64,000 nucleotides of DNA, from the IMG/VR virus record IMGVR_UViG_3300031707_000001, positions 1-64,000 of that record; one strand, written 5' to 3'. The position numbers and the translations under genes are program-made. The first letter of the stretch is position 1. Every line of letters starts with the position of its first letter. Shown here piece by piece: positions 1-10,220 of this stretch. The notes beneath the pieces are model-generated. The model searched no databases. It was not told where the DNA came from and saw nothing but the letters and a program-made list of their open reading frames with translations.

Positions 1-18
1 GAAGAAAAGCCTCGGAGC

Positions 19-924
19 ATGACTGTAGCAGCGGCTCCAACTCCGGACGTGCTTTTCATAACTCAATGCCTGACTGAACTGGCTGAAGAGGTCCAAAAAG
101 TTCTGGCCAAGGATGGTCAAATCCCGGCGATCAAGTTTATTCGGGAAAAGACAGGTATGGATCTCCTGCCTGCCAAGCTTTGGGTGGACAGCATTACGGA
201 TACCAAGATTCCGGTACCTCCGATTGCGCTTGGCGCCTTACAGGCCTATGCGAAAAAGATGGAAACACTGTTCATATGCGGAAGGCAGTCGGGTAAGACC
301 CTATCTACGCTGAATGAACAAGTACAGTCCATGCGTAAAGAGCAAGTTGCCAAGGCTATGGATCCGCTCAAAGCGGCTGCTGAGCGTCAGCACAAAATCG
401 ACATCGCCGGGGACAACAAGAGCATGTTGGTCCAAGCGGCACGGAAGATTGCCCGGGAACTGGGTGTTAAGGGCCCGATCTCGATCGACGATGTAACGCT
501 TGAAATGAGCAAGAGCTATAACGTGTTGCCTATCAAGGGCAAGCGTCACAACTGGAAGGGCAGCGTATTCACCAGCACCGAATGGGTGTTTATTGGCGAC
601 ATTGCTTCCCGTCAGGTATCCTCACACGGCCGGCCTGTGGGCATGTGGGCGCTCAAATCCTGGTTGCAGGACAATACATTGAACGGGAAGGAAACCCACA
701 TTTCGTCCTTCGTGGTTTCCAGGTTGTATTCGGACTTCAAACGAATCAACCCTCGCCTCGAACTGAAGGATTGCAACTGCTACATCGGCGACGAGCGTGT
801 GGCGGCTGAAATCCGTGACAACATCAAGAAGAGCGGAAATCGCTTGTATGAAATTCCAGTGAGCTGGATTCCGGGTGCCGTTGGCGCCCTGATCCTCCCG
901 CCGGAACCTGCGAAAGTTATGTAG
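19..924 (+). CDS. Hypothetical protein with N-terminal ribosomal L7/L12 C-terminal-like motif
   Basis: 301 aa; QIPAIKFIREKTGMDLLPAKLWVD resembles the L7/L12 CTD consensus [24 protein letters not shown]; remainder unrecognised. Confidence 0.6.
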   Translation: MTVAAAPTPDVLFITQCLTELAEEVQKVLAKDGQIPAIKFIREKTGMDLLPAKLWVDSITDTKIPVPPIALGALQAYAKKMETLFICGRQSGKTLSTLNEQVQSMRKEQVAKAMDPLKAAAERQHKIDIAGDNKSMLVQAARKIARELGVKGPISIDDVTLEMSKSYNVLPIKGKRHNWKGSVFTSTEWVFIGDIASRQVSSHGRPVGMWALKSWLQDNTLNGKETHISSFVVSRLYSDFKRINPRLELKDCNCYIGDERVAAEIRDNIKKSGNRLYEIPVSWIPGAVGALILPPEPAKVM

Positions 925-931
925 TGAAAAC

Positions 932-980
932 GACCGCCGCTGAGGGGCAGCACTTCGCTGCACCCTCCAGCGGACGGTTA
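932..980 (+). promoter_or_regulatory. Long GC-rich intergenic hairpin
   Basis: ACCG-CCGCTG-AGGG-GCAGC / GCTGC-CCCT-CAGCGG-CGGT around an ACTTC loop; no U tract. Confidence 0.45.
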
Positions 981-991
981 GGAGGTATACG

Positions 992-1312
992 ATGCAAGCC
1001 TTTTTGACAGGTAGCCAAGTGTATGGTGAGCCGACGCAGGATTCAGATGTGGATCTGGTGATCTTCACCGATGTGGATACTATGCTACGTCTGCAAGCAT
1101 TGGCAGAGACTTCGCAAACAGCCAGTATCAGTGGCGCTAATACGCACAAGTCGGCATCGATTCGATTTGGCAAACTCAATTTGACGGTAGTCACAAACGA
1201 AGATGAATGGCAGGCATGGAGACTGGCAACGCTTGCATTAAAAGCAGAGGCACCAGTATCGAAAGAGCATGCAGTTGAAAGACACGAATGGCTACGAAAA
1301 GGTGTTAAATAG
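992..1312 (+). CDS. Minimal nucleotidyltransferase (Pol-beta superfamily)
   Basis: LTGSQVYG..QDSDVDLVI (GS..YG..SDxD motif); AGGAGG RBS. Confidence 0.7.
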   Translation: MQAFLTGSQVYGEPTQDSDVDLVIFTDVDTMLRLQALAETSQTASISGANTHKSASIRFGKLNLTVVTNEDEWQAWRLATLALKAEAPVSKEHAVERHEWLRKGVK

Positions 1313-1336
1313 AACACCAAACAAGGAGACAGTGTT

Positions 1337-1861
1337 ATGAGTAACAGTATTGCATTGCACAGTAAGTTAGGTGTCAATCCGAGAATGATTAAGGTTCACT
1401 GCCGAATATGCGGAGAAGTGAAAACGGATTCACTTATACTTTTGGGATCAGCTAACTACAAAGAACAGTGTCCAGAATGCAAGACGTGGGTGTTTGGCGG
1501 GTTCAACAAATCAGACAGTAAGCATCCCTTCAAGTGGTGCCCAAAGTGTGAAAGTTCCAGCAGAGGAGGGCGGGTAGAATTAGCCGATTCCGAACACGTG
1601 GAAACCAACGGTGTATGTTCTGATTGTCGGAAGCTATTGGAACAAGGCGTTGCATTCATTTCCGTCAAAGACGGCGAGAAGAGTGACAATCCCTATCGTA
1701 CAGGTAAGTTCTGCGTGATCAAGCAGGATGCTGTAGAGCGTATGCCCATTGATAAAGAATTGAAGGAAGGCATCATTGCTAAACGAGTATGCTTCATCGA
1801 GGATGAGGTGTGGAGCAAACTGGGCTTTCCAACAGAGAACACAGCAGCAGTAGAAAAGTAA
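1337..1861 (+). CDS. Hypothetical Zn-ribbon protein
   Basis: 174 aa, four CxxC pairs, AAGGAG RBS. Confidence 0.7.
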   Translation: MSNSIALHSKLGVNPRMIKVHCRICGEVKTDSLILLGSANYKEQCPECKTWVFGGFNKSDSKHPFKWCPKCESSSRGGRVELADSEHVETNGVCSDCRKLLEQGVAFISVKDGEKSDNPYRTGKFCVIKQDAVERMPIDKELKEGIIAKRVCFIEDEVWSKLGFPTENTAAVEK

Positions 1862-1872
1862 AGGGAACCGTT

Positions 1873-2448
1873 ATGAGCAAAAGTTTGCATGACAAAGCAC
1901 GTAAAGTATTTTGGTTTGTGATAACAGCACTTGCTTTTGGGTTCATAGTAGAGCAAATGTTTTTTGAAGAATATCCTAAGACGAGGATTGTCCAATTAGA
2001 TGACGGGGCATTCCAAGTCGAAAGGAAGTACAGTTTTTTGAACTGGTTCGAAGCCGGGCAGGAAGCAACGCTGGAGAAGGCGCTGAAACGCTTCGAGTTC
2101 TACAAGAACAACGATCTTGAAGAAAAGGCAAAGAAAAACAAGAGGGTTGTACGAGTAGTTGTATCAGACAGGTATAAAATAGGCATTGATCCTTTGGACT
2201 TCAGTTCGAAGCCGAAGCCACAACCCTCTATAGAGGAGTACGCTGCCCGCTTGCGAAAAGATATGGCAAATGTCAACATCTACTCTGTATCAAATCGATA
2301 TGAAATCTGGACTACAGGTGGATTTCTGCCTGGTAAGTGGAAAGATGCAGGAAGCCTGGAAGAAGCCCGAAAAATAGTAGACGACTACTACATTGAATGG
2401 GCGAAGAACTGTATTGGGCCTACACCGCTAGGAAGGAAAGTGGAATAA
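1873..2448 (+). CDS. Hypothetical protein with N-terminal TM segment
   Basis: ATG 1873 after AAGGG; hydrophobic VFWFVITALAFGFIV. Confidence 0.6.
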   Translation: MSKSLHDKARKVFWFVITALAFGFIVEQMFFEEYPKTRIVQLDDGAFQVERKYSFLNWFEAGQEATLEKALKRFEFYKNNDLEEKAKKNKRVVRVVVSDRYKIGIDPLDFSSKPKPQPSIEEYAARLRKDMANVNIYSVSNRYEIWTTGGFLPGKWKDAGSLEEARKIVDDYYIEWAKNCIGPTPLGRKVE

Positions 2449-2453
2449 CAACT

Positions 2454-2753
2454 ATGACTAAGTATATTTTAGACGGGCATAAAGTCGTACGCTGTGATGA
2501 TATGATTAAGTGGTCACAGTGGTTTGCAACTGGTGATCGTCAGGTCGCCTTAACCGAAAAGGACGGTATTCGAGTGAGTACTGTTTTCTTGGGACTGGAT
2601 CACGGTTGGGGAAAAGGCAAACCTGTATTATTCGAAACCATGATATTTGGCGGACCACACGACGAGAACATGTACCGCTACCATACATGGGAAGAAGCCG
2701 AAGCTGGGCACAAGGAAATGTGCAAGCAGGCTTTTGGAGAGTCCGATAAGTGA
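2454..2753 (+). CDS. Conserved phage hypothetical protein
   Basis: VSTVFLGLDH..FETMIFGG motif common in phage ORFs. Confidence 0.7.
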   Translation: MTKYILDGHKVVRCDDMIKWSQWFATGDRQVALTEKDGIRVSTVFLGLDHGWGKGKPVLFETMIFGGPHDENMYRYHTWEEAEAGHKEMCKQAFGESDK

Positions 2754-2772
2754 AGGAACAAAGGAGTAACTT

Positions 2773-3195
2773 ATGGCTGATTATTACACAATTTTGAGTT
2801 TCGAGCTAAAGCTTCCGGCAAAAGCTTTGGATTGGATTGAAGCGGAAATTAAGAATGAACAAAGCGAAAAGTTTGAAAATAAGTACGGCAGCATCACAGG
2901 TTGCACCTTTGAACGTGAAGATCCGAAAACGTTGTGGATAAGCAACGACGAAAGTGCCAATGTCAACGCACTATCAGCGGTCATTCAAGCAGCGCTGAAG
3001 AAGTTCAAATTGAACGATAGAGTTGGATTTGAATACGCTTTTACGTGTAGCAAACCACGTTTGGATGCTTTCGGTGGCGGTGCCACAATAGTGACAAAAG
3101 ACGGTTTTGACTACACATCGACATCAATGTGGTTAGACAAAAAAATGAAGCCGCTGCCGTACAGTGTATGCAACAAACCCGATTGGAACTCTTGA
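2773..3195 (+). CDS. Hypothetical protein
   Basis: 140 aa, AAGGAG RBS. Confidence 0.7.
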   Translation: MADYYTILSFELKLPAKALDWIEAEIKNEQSEKFENKYGSITGCTFEREDPKTLWISNDESANVNALSAVIQAALKKFKLNDRVGFEYAFTCSKPRLDAFGGGATIVTKDGFDYTSTSMWLDKKMKPLPYSVCNKPDWNS

Positions 3196-3306
3196 TGGGT
3201 GATTCCCAAGACATTCGGTTGGGACAGTTATTGGATGAAGCCAAAGATGCAGTGAAAGATCAATTCTGTAAAATCACGGTAGAGAAACTAAGGAGAACGA
3301 AAGAAG

Positions 3307-4050
3307 GTGCCGTTGAGCCAGGACCGTACGTTGGTACCTGAAAGCTATCTGCAGGATATCTATGCGGAATTGCTGGCAAACCTGGGCGAACTGATCGAAA
3401 AGGATGACCTTGGCGCCGGCCACGTCCGTATGGCCATGGAAGATGAACGGGTAGATTCAGCAACGTGTACCAGGCTGTTCAAGCAACAGTTCGGTGATAA
3501 TGCTGTGATCCAGAACCCGTTTGATCCGGATAGCAATCAGGCAGCAGCTCGCCAAGGTGCTCCTATCGTATCACCTAGAACGTTTGGGGCAACCGTAAAC
3601 GACAAACTGCGGGACGGGGGTGTGAAGACCACGACCGAAAGCTATTCCCGGGACGTAGGCGTATTGCAAATATTGGGTATGCCTACGGGTTACAAAGACC
3701 TGGCAGACGCTGAACATCGTAAGCCGCTGACAGACTATGTACAGTTTCTATCCCAGCAGTTCTATGGGAAGAAGCTTACGGTGAAATATGCCCAGTGGAT
3801 ATCGGGTGGAGCGGCCGCTATCTATACCCACGGATCTGGCATAACGTTCAACGTCATGGAAATCACGAAGGCAATGATGACACATCCCGTAACCCACTGC
3901 ACAGCAATAGTTCTTCATGAGATGGCACATTGCTGCGGTAATGGACATTCGGGAGTGTACGATCATGAATTCGAAAGACTAGTGAACAAACACACGCAAC
4001 TTATGCTGGAACAGCCAAAGCTGTACAAGAAGTTTGAAGAGATAATATGA
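3307..4050 (+). CDS. HExxH metallopeptidase-like (SprT/WLM-type) protein, possibly N-truncated
   Basis: VLHEMAH motif; GTG start without a clear RBS, in-frame TAA at 3289. Confidence 0.55.
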   Translation: MPLSQDRTLVPESYLQDIYAELLANLGELIEKDDLGAGHVRMAMEDERVDSATCTRLFKQQFGDNAVIQNPFDPDSNQAAARQGAPIVSPRTFGATVNDKLRDGGVKTTTESYSRDVGVLQILGMPTGYKDLADAEHRKPLTDYVQFLSQQFYGKKLTVKYAQWISGGAAAIYTHGSGITFNVMEITKAMMTHPVTHCTAIVLHEMAHCCGNGHSGVYDHEFERLVNKHTQLMLEQPKLYKKFEEII

Positions 4051-4460
4051 AATATTGTGATCATTGTGGTAACCCATATTTTTTAAGTCCAGATGGTGTT
4101 TCTCATCATGAAGGTAATGGTCCAGACAGTATTGATCATGTTTTGGATGAAGACCACATAGCCTACGGTAAGGAAGCAGTTGCCTTACAGAGCTTAAACT
4201 CGCCTAGGCCGAAAGATCCGTTTGAGGATTATAAAATTATTGATGGAGTTAAACTGTATCGCTCTAATTGCAACTGTTGCGGAATAGAGTTTTACGACAA
4301 GAGTCCGTACAAACTCTATTGTCCGGATAAGGTAGGACACAAAAAAGTTAGAAAAAGAAAGAAACCTAGATTAGGCTGCAGCTGTACGGTAATTACTTCA
4401 AACAATGACGGCTCTTGGGATAATGCCGTAGGACTGCTCGAAGATAGGGAAACAGAATGA
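4047..4460 (+). CDS. Hypothetical protein
   Basis: 137 aa, ATGA overlap with upstream stop, CxxC motifs. Confidence 0.6.
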   Translation: MKYCDHCGNPYFLSPDGVSHHEGNGPDSIDHVLDEDHIAYGKEAVALQSLNSPRPKDPFEDYKIIDGVKLYRSNCNCCGIEFYDKSPYKLYCPDKVGHKKVRKRKKPRLGCSCTVITSNNDGSWDNAVGLLEDRETE

Positions 4461-4900
4461 GAATAAACATACTATGCGTTGACTTGGATGATACGATCAC
4501 CGACTACCCGGGATGGGAAGGTGAAGGATATACGATCGTGAAAGGTACGCCTTTAGCAGGTATTCACGACGCCATCGCTACGTTGCGCAACGAGGGTTGG
4601 CTGATTTTGGTGCACTCCACCCGGTGCAACTTCAAAGGCGGCGTAGTGGCCACAGCTAAATTCCTGGAAGACAACGGCATTCGGGTTGACGGCGTGTGTT
4701 TCAACAAGCCGCCGGCCGACATATACCTGGACGACAAAGGAATGACCTTTGATGGTAACTGGTCAGGAATGCTGGATAAAATACGGAAGTTCAAGTCCTG
4801 GAAAAAACTACAGGAGATAGAATGTCAAAATTCATCGACGAAACCGGCAGAGTTGCCCCCGCCCTTGGCGACTTCCTTGCCAGTGAACGTGAAAGACTAA
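4457..4900 (+). CDS. HAD-superfamily phosphatase
   Basis: VDLDDTIT (DxDxT) and KPPADIYLDDK motifs. Confidence 0.75.
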   Translation: MRINILCVDLDDTITDYPGWEGEGYTIVKGTPLAGIHDAIATLRNEGWLILVHSTRCNFKGGVVATAKFLEDNGIRVDGVCFNKPPADIYLDDKGMTFDGNWSGMLDKIRKFKSWKKLQEIECQNSSTKPAELPPPLATSLPVNVKD

Positions 4901-6363
4901 CCAAGGCGCCAGGCAATATCTGTAATCCAGCCCACGATCGGGGCGTTGAACCACACGATCCATTCCAGCGGTACAACTACCCCTATATCCACGAGCTTGG
5001 GACTTTCAGCAGCAAGCCGTGGAACGTATTGCTCAAACAGACACCTGAGGACCTCATCCCGGCCGACCCCTTCGAGGTTAGCCGGGTGAGGGGTCCTGGA
5101 CACTCTCAACTATGGGACGCCGGCATTTGCGTGCCGGCGTGCTCCCATAGGAAATGCAATTTGGTAGGTCTTCGGGATTTGCCCGTACTACGAAATAGCA
5201 ACACACACTGGTCTGGCAATATGCATGAGGCGTTGGGACATGCTGGTGTGGAAATCAACGGGAAGTGTACCCGTATTCAAGGGCCATGGATCTTTGATTT
5301 AACCACTATGGGTGAATATGGTTGGTTCCTGGCGGAAGCTATGCATGCCTGGGCTCACTACCGGGCTGACTTCAAAGCGCTTACCAAAGGCGCTGCTGTA
5401 ATGGTAGATTCCAAAACCATTGGTCGACTACAGCAAGCTTTGGGTTTGCTAGCCGTTTCACACTTCTACGGTTTACCTTTGTTTATTGGCGAGGAAATCG
5501 AGGATACAAGGGCATATTCGTACTTCCGTCAATATGGCATTGATGTGAAGACGACCACTGAGTTCACGAACCCTATTGTAGCTGAACCCTGGATAGGCAA
5601 CGAGGCCCCTAGATTTGATCATACGCTGGCAACTGTAGTAGTTGCTATACGCATTGAGCCTCCGCCTCTGGCGCTGCATACCGGCATAGTCCAGTCCAGA
5701 CCTGAAGATCGTTGGGCGGGCTTTCCCACTATGGCTGCCATTGTTGGTTGGGAACGTATGGACGTAACGCTGCATCAGCCGCTAGTTGCGTACTATCCGG
5801 ATAATCCAGATAGTACGCCTTGCTATGGTTTGCATCCGGCCGATCTGATGACTCCAGAAAGCTTTTGGAGCTTTCTGGCACTCGGTCGTAGAGCTAGGGG
5901 ATTGCCAATCGTTGATGACCAAAACATGACGTTTGAGAATTGGATGCTATCTCCTCACGGCATAGCACGAATCAATGAGACGCCACCACGGCCTTGTTCG
6001 CCGTGTCTGGGATGGCAGAAACGTTCAGAAGCATATCACAAGCGTCCGAAAAAATATGCTTCGAAGGCCGAAAAGGAAGCGTACCATAAGGATGTTCTTA
6101 CCTTTCGAAAGGTAGTACGAAAAGCTGAGCGGGACTATCAAGCCAAAATCTATGGCAGCAATACGGCTCGAAATCGGGTAAACAAGCAACGTAATGCGGC
6201 GCATAAGTTAAAGCTGGAACGAGACCGTCAAAAGAAACTTCTGATGGAAGCCAAGCAGAAAGTTAAGGACGGGAAACAATTGACAGAACGACAGCAAAAC
6301 GCATATACTCCTTATCGTGAAATGATTCGAAACCGAAAGGAAAACGAATGCTCTATTACATAG
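4822..6363 (+). CDS. Hypothetical protein
   Basis: 513 aa open frame, basic C-terminus. Confidence 0.75.
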   Translation: MSKFIDETGRVAPALGDFLASERERLTKAPGNICNPAHDRGVEPHDPFQRYNYPYIHELGTFSSKPWNVLLKQTPEDLIPADPFEVSRVRGPGHSQLWDAGICVPACSHRKCNLVGLRDLPVLRNSNTHWSGNMHEALGHAGVEINGKCTRIQGPWIFDLTTMGEYGWFLAEAMHAWAHYRADFKALTKGAAVMVDSKTIGRLQQALGLLAVSHFYGLPLFIGEEIEDTRAYSYFRQYGIDVKTTTEFTNPIVAEPWIGNEAPRFDHTLATVVVAIRIEPPPLALHTGIVQSRPEDRWAGFPTMAAIVGWERMDVTLHQPLVAYYPDNPDSTPCYGLHPADLMTPESFWSFLALGRRARGLPIVDDQNMTFENWMLSPHGIARINETPPRPCSPCLGWQKRSEAYHKRPKKYASKAEKEAYHKDVLTFRKVVRKAERDYQAKIYGSNTARNRVNKQRNAAHKLKLERDRQKKLLMEAKQKVKDGKQLTERQQNAYTPYREMIRNRKENECSIT

Positions 6364-6848
6364 GAATTGACAACGGCGTCTCCGGTTCCATCGGAGTTTT
6401 GTCTACAGACGGTACTCCGCCAGAATTCATCCTATCGCCGGTGAAATCTGAACAAAACTACACCAAGACTAAGAAGAACATCACACGAATCAACTATCCG
6501 GAGCTGGTAAAGTATTTCGCCAAGTTTGCTGCTCTTCCGGCACTGGCACATGTGATGCTCGAAAGACCTATGGTGAATCCTGGACGTTTCATGGCTACCA
6601 CGTCTGCTTTGCGGGCACTGGAAGCTACTTTGATCATACTGGAACAGTTTCGAATATCGTTTGAATACATTGACTCCAAAGAGTGGCAGAAGGTTCTGCT
6701 GCCTCACGGATTGAAAGGTCCAGATGAACTCAAGAAAGCCAGCCACGACATAGGCTGCCGGCTATTCCCGCAGTTCACGGAGTTATTTGACAAACACAAG
6801 GATGCTGACGGTATGCTTATTGCTGAATATTGTCGGAGGGTACGGTAA
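6348..6848 (+). CDS. RuvC-like Holliday junction resolvase
   Basis: IGIDNG, VMLERP, WQK and DADGMLIA RNase H-fold acidic motifs. Confidence 0.75.
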   Translation: MLYYIGIDNGVSGSIGVLSTDGTPPEFILSPVKSEQNYTKTKKNITRINYPELVKYFAKFAALPALAHVMLERPMVNPGRFMATTSALRALEATLIILEQFRISFEYIDSKEWQKVLLPHGLKGPDELKKASHDIGCRLFPQFTELFDKHKDADGMLIAEYCRRVR

Positions 6849-7564
6849 TGCAAACAACACTTCTGGATGCCTATATTGGAACCTGTTTGGCCAATAAGGA
6901 TCGACTCCATGTTTGTGGTGCCATGAACGACGTACTACGAACAACTCCTCCGGTTGCTCATATATGGGAGACACCGAACGCTTTGGTAAGACCGTTGGCC
7001 AACGCTCCACTCGTACTACCCGATTCAGCCATGTGCCTGTGCGTCATTCCCAGTATTACGCCAGGATATTATCGATTCTGCGTAGACCAGGATATGGATG
7101 CACCAATTTTGGGGGACTGGATAGGCGGATGTCCTTGGAGTTTGGAAGGCTTACTGGTCTACCAATACGACGACAAAACGTTTGATACTATTCCATTAGT
7201 CCGACAAATGTCTGGTGGAAACTCTGTCATGCCGGAAGTGCAGATGCACTTTACCTTGACACCAGAAGGTTGGATTTGGCAAAAGTCAAAGACTGGACAT
7301 GTCAACTCCTATTTTCACGATGTCATGATACGCATGCTTCCTGACCAGGACAGGCTTGATGATTCTATTGCCTATTTGGGCTCTGTAATCAATGCCTGCC
7401 TGGGTTCATATTTGGACTACATCAATCGTCCGGGAAAATGGCAGATATGTGTGGCACGGGAACCAAAATTGAAACTCAAGAACGGTAAAGTGAAAAAGCT
7501 TTACCGAGAAGGTAGTGTCGGATACAAACAATTCGTACCAGGAGAAACAGATGGCCAACGATAG
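6848..7564 (+). CDS. Hypothetical protein
   Basis: TAATG coupling with upstream stop. Confidence 0.65.
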   Translation: MQTTLLDAYIGTCLANKDRLHVCGAMNDVLRTTPPVAHIWETPNALVRPLANAPLVLPDSAMCLCVIPSITPGYYRFCVDQDMDAPILGDWIGGCPWSLEGLLVYQYDDKTFDTIPLVRQMSGGNSVMPEVQMHFTLTPEGWIWQKSKTGHVNSYFHDVMIRMLPDQDRLDDSIAYLGSVINACLGSYLDYINRPGKWQICVAREPKLKLKNGKVKKLYREGSVGYKQFVPGETDGQR

Positions 7565-7769
7565 ACTGAAACTTCGGCTCGTGATGCCCACAACGGCTGA
7601 CATGGAACTGGTCTCACAGGACGGAGGCACCATTGAGTTGGCGCCAGTATTCTACGGGCCTGCTAGCAGCGGACCACACCTTGTGGTTTTGATGGGCGAC
7701 AAGATTATCTCCAGGTTCAAGTTGATGTTGAAGCCTGACGGCAGACTGGAGTTGAAAAGAGCACTATGA
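7551..7769 (+). CDS. Hypothetical protein
   Basis: AGGAG RBS, ATG 7551. Confidence 0.55.
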   Translation: MANDRLKLRLVMPTTADMELVSQDGGTIELAPVFYGPASSGPHLVVLMGDKIISRFKLMLKPDGRLELKRAL

Positions 7770-8281
7770 AGACAAACGTACAGATCTACAAACCGCCTGA
7801 TGGAGATAAAGGTAAAGGATACCCTCGTATCCCAAAGGTGTTCGAACCTCTTCGTAATTGGTTCCTCAATGAGGTAACGGCATACATGCGTTACTTCGGA
7901 ATCAAACACATTACCATCCGCCCAAACATGGTTGGTCTACGTACAATGGCAGAAACAACTTTCAAGCCGTTGGATGAGAATCCACCACCGGAATATCTGG
8001 CTGCACGCTCGTTCATAGTCAGGAATATTGCGGACCGCATGCTCATGTTCGGCGTATTGGATGTGAGCATCGAACCCACAGATAAAGAGATGAAGATTCT
8101 ACGTAAGGATTGGTCGGATTTGATCGAGGGTAAATCCAATGAGGATATTAACCTCAAAGAAATCAAACTGAACCTGGAAGAGGATCCTACAGCCAAAAGT
8201 GTATTACCCCCTGTAGTGGAGGAATCAAATGGAAAGCCCGAGCCCGAACCAGACGGAAAACCGGCCATTACCCCAGATTGA
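7766..8281 (+). CDS. Hypothetical protein
   Basis: 171 aa, ATGA coupling. Confidence 0.65.
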   Translation: MKTNVQIYKPPDGDKGKGYPRIPKVFEPLRNWFLNEVTAYMRYFGIKHITIRPNMVGLRTMAETTFKPLDENPPPEYLAARSFIVRNIADRMLMFGVLDVSIEPTDKEMKILRKDWSDLIEGKSNEDINLKEIKLNLEEDPTAKSVLPPVVEESNGKPEPEPDGKPAITPD

Positions 8282-8675
8282 CGTACTACAGTGCGTCAAT
8301 AGAAACTTGTTCCCCGACGTTGCCCTGCAAACTATAGGACTACGTATACTGGGATCGGTGTTTGAAAAACATCCAGAACTCAACAAGCCAGAACTGTACG
8401 AACGGGTGGACGAGTTCGATCAAAAGTTCAAAACCAATTGGAACGAATTCAAAATTCAAGCTAGATATGTGGGTGCAATCTCGTTCCATATGCTTCTAAC
8501 GAGCTACGATAGTATGGTAAATGAAGTTGCTGGATTCGTGCGCCATATTGCTTCCGAACCAGTTGTAAAAATCGTCGGAGGTACGTTACGTTTACATGTT
8601 GGTATTCGACATTACCACTGTGAGGATGATGTCACAGTGGTGTTTACGTTGATGTGGATAGAAAAACAACAATAG
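8229..8675 (+). CDS. Hypothetical protein
   Basis: 148 aa, GGAGG RBS. Confidence 0.55.
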   Translation: MESPSPNQTENRPLPQIDVLQCVNRNLFPDVALQTIGLRILGSVFEKHPELNKPELYERVDEFDQKFKTNWNEFKIQARYVGAISFHMLLTSYDSMVNEVAGFVRHIASEPVVKIVGGTLRLHVGIRHYHCEDDVTVVFTLMWIEKQQ

Positions 8676-8683
8676 GAGAACGC

Positions 8684-9415
8684 ATGTCAGAAGAAACACC
8701 GATCGAAACACCAAAGACCGAGTTGACCGTCAAGCCCGAACCTGTGGAACAAAATGCAGGTGCGTCAGTATTCGACGTACCAGACGACAAAGGTAATTCG
8801 GCAGCACCTGATGCACAAGTTAAACCTGCAGAACAACAGGTTATACGAGTGCAGAAGAAGGCCATCATTGAATGGAAAGCTGGACCAGACAAGGAAGTTA
8901 CGGAAACCGTAACTCACTTCCGAAGTTTGGCTGCACTGTTCGATCTCCTGATGGGCGTGTTGATGAAACACCCTGAAAAGGAAAAAGACTACCTGGAAGT
9001 CTATCTTCAGGTGGAAACAACAGATCCGGCTCAACCTGCCCCTAAGCTATATATTGCCAAGGGTGAACTGAAAGAAGTGCTGATAAAGTTGCGCTCAAAG
9101 TGTGTGACAGCACAACAAGCTGTAATGGAAGTACAGATGGCCCTCGGTCATCTTTCTGAAATCAGTACGCTTAAGGGCGCCATTCTGACTGTAGTATTTG
9201 ATGATTCTCTAGGCGGTGGGTTGGGATTCCTAACTGAATCCAACGACGTAACCGACAATGATATCATGGTACTAGCCGAATCGGCGGCCGCCCAAGCTGA
9301 GCTATTCAAAGAGAAAATGCGGGCAAGCAAGGGCATTGTATTCCCCAGCGATAAGGGCAAAATCATCGTGCCCGGGGGACCTATGCCGCCAACTATGAAA
9401 CTACACAGGCGATGA
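8684..9415 (+). CDS. Hypothetical protein
   Basis: AGGAG RBS, ATG 8684. Confidence 0.7.
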   Translation: MSEETPIETPKTELTVKPEPVEQNAGASVFDVPDDKGNSAAPDAQVKPAEQQVIRVQKKAIIEWKAGPDKEVTETVTHFRSLAALFDLLMGVLMKHPEKEKDYLEVYLQVETTDPAQPAPKLYIAKGELKEVLIKLRSKCVTAQQAVMEVQMALGHLSEISTLKGAILTVVFDDSLGGGLGFLTESNDVTDNDIMVLAESAAAQAELFKEKMRASKGIVFPSDKGKIIVPGGPMPPTMKLHRR

Positions 9416-9792
9416 AATTCCTTGTTTCGGTACCGCCCGAAAAGATTACCGAGAAGGATGTGTGGGCTGAGGGCGATGAACCAGTTATACCCTGGTTCCC
9501 AGCCACTTCAGAGAATGTCTTTCTCAGCATAAAAAGTTTCAAGAAATCTCCGTATGCAAAAGTAGCTGACTGTCCAAAATTAGATGTGGACGATTTGGCT
9601 ACTGCATTGAAAAAGCAATATCCCGGACTGCCGGCCAAGTTGCACGAGAACTATGTGGTGGCAATCGCTATGGCAGCGCATGCCTATCCAGTAGGCACTA
9701 AGTTTCAAATATTCATTACACAAGATACTGCCAAATTGAAGGTAGTCGGAAAAGAAGAACTTCACATTCTTTGGGAGAAACAACCGTTATGA
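9412..9792 (+). CDS. Hypothetical protein
   Basis: 126 aa, ATGA coupling. Confidence 0.65.
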   Translation: MKFLVSVPPEKITEKDVWAEGDEPVIPWFPATSENVFLSIKSFKKSPYAKVADCPKLDVDDLATALKKQYPGLPAKLHENYVVAIAMAAHAYPVGTKFQIFITQDTAKLKVVGKEELHILWEKQPL

Positions 9793-10220
9793 AGTTGGAT
9801 CTAGGTAGATCAGAATTGGCACCGTTGACAGCAGTAATAGATGCTTTAGACAAAGCAAATGCAAAAGAGCATTCTGCTCTTGAGTTAACAGCTCTGTTCA
9901 AGCGTGTGGAAAGCATGATGGACGGCCTCAGACAGCGTATCAAGAAAGAGGCTAACAAAGAATTCCTGGAACTGGCGAGTAAGAATCCAAAATTGAACAC
10001 CTGGCCGTTTCTACAGGGAATCGTACAGCTTTCACGCTATACGCAGAAAGGTTATTGGAACTATCCAATGGAGGTTATCCATCTGGAAAACGAATGGCGT
10101 AGTGCACAGAAACGTTCCCAGATGGATGGCACAGCTAAGAAAAGCATGCCCAACGTAGACACCAGCACGGATACAATATTCTCTCTAACCGTATCCGAAG
10201 ACTATAATCGGGTCAAATGA
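9789..10220 (+). CDS. Hypothetical protein
   Basis: ATGA coupling at both ends. Confidence 0.65.
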   Translation: MKLDLGRSELAPLTAVIDALDKANAKEHSALELTALFKRVESMMDGLRQRIKKEANKEFLELASKNPKLNTWPFLQGIVQLSRYTQKGYWNYPMEVIHLENEWRSAQKRSQMDGTAKKSMPNVDTSTDTIFSLTVSEDYNRVK

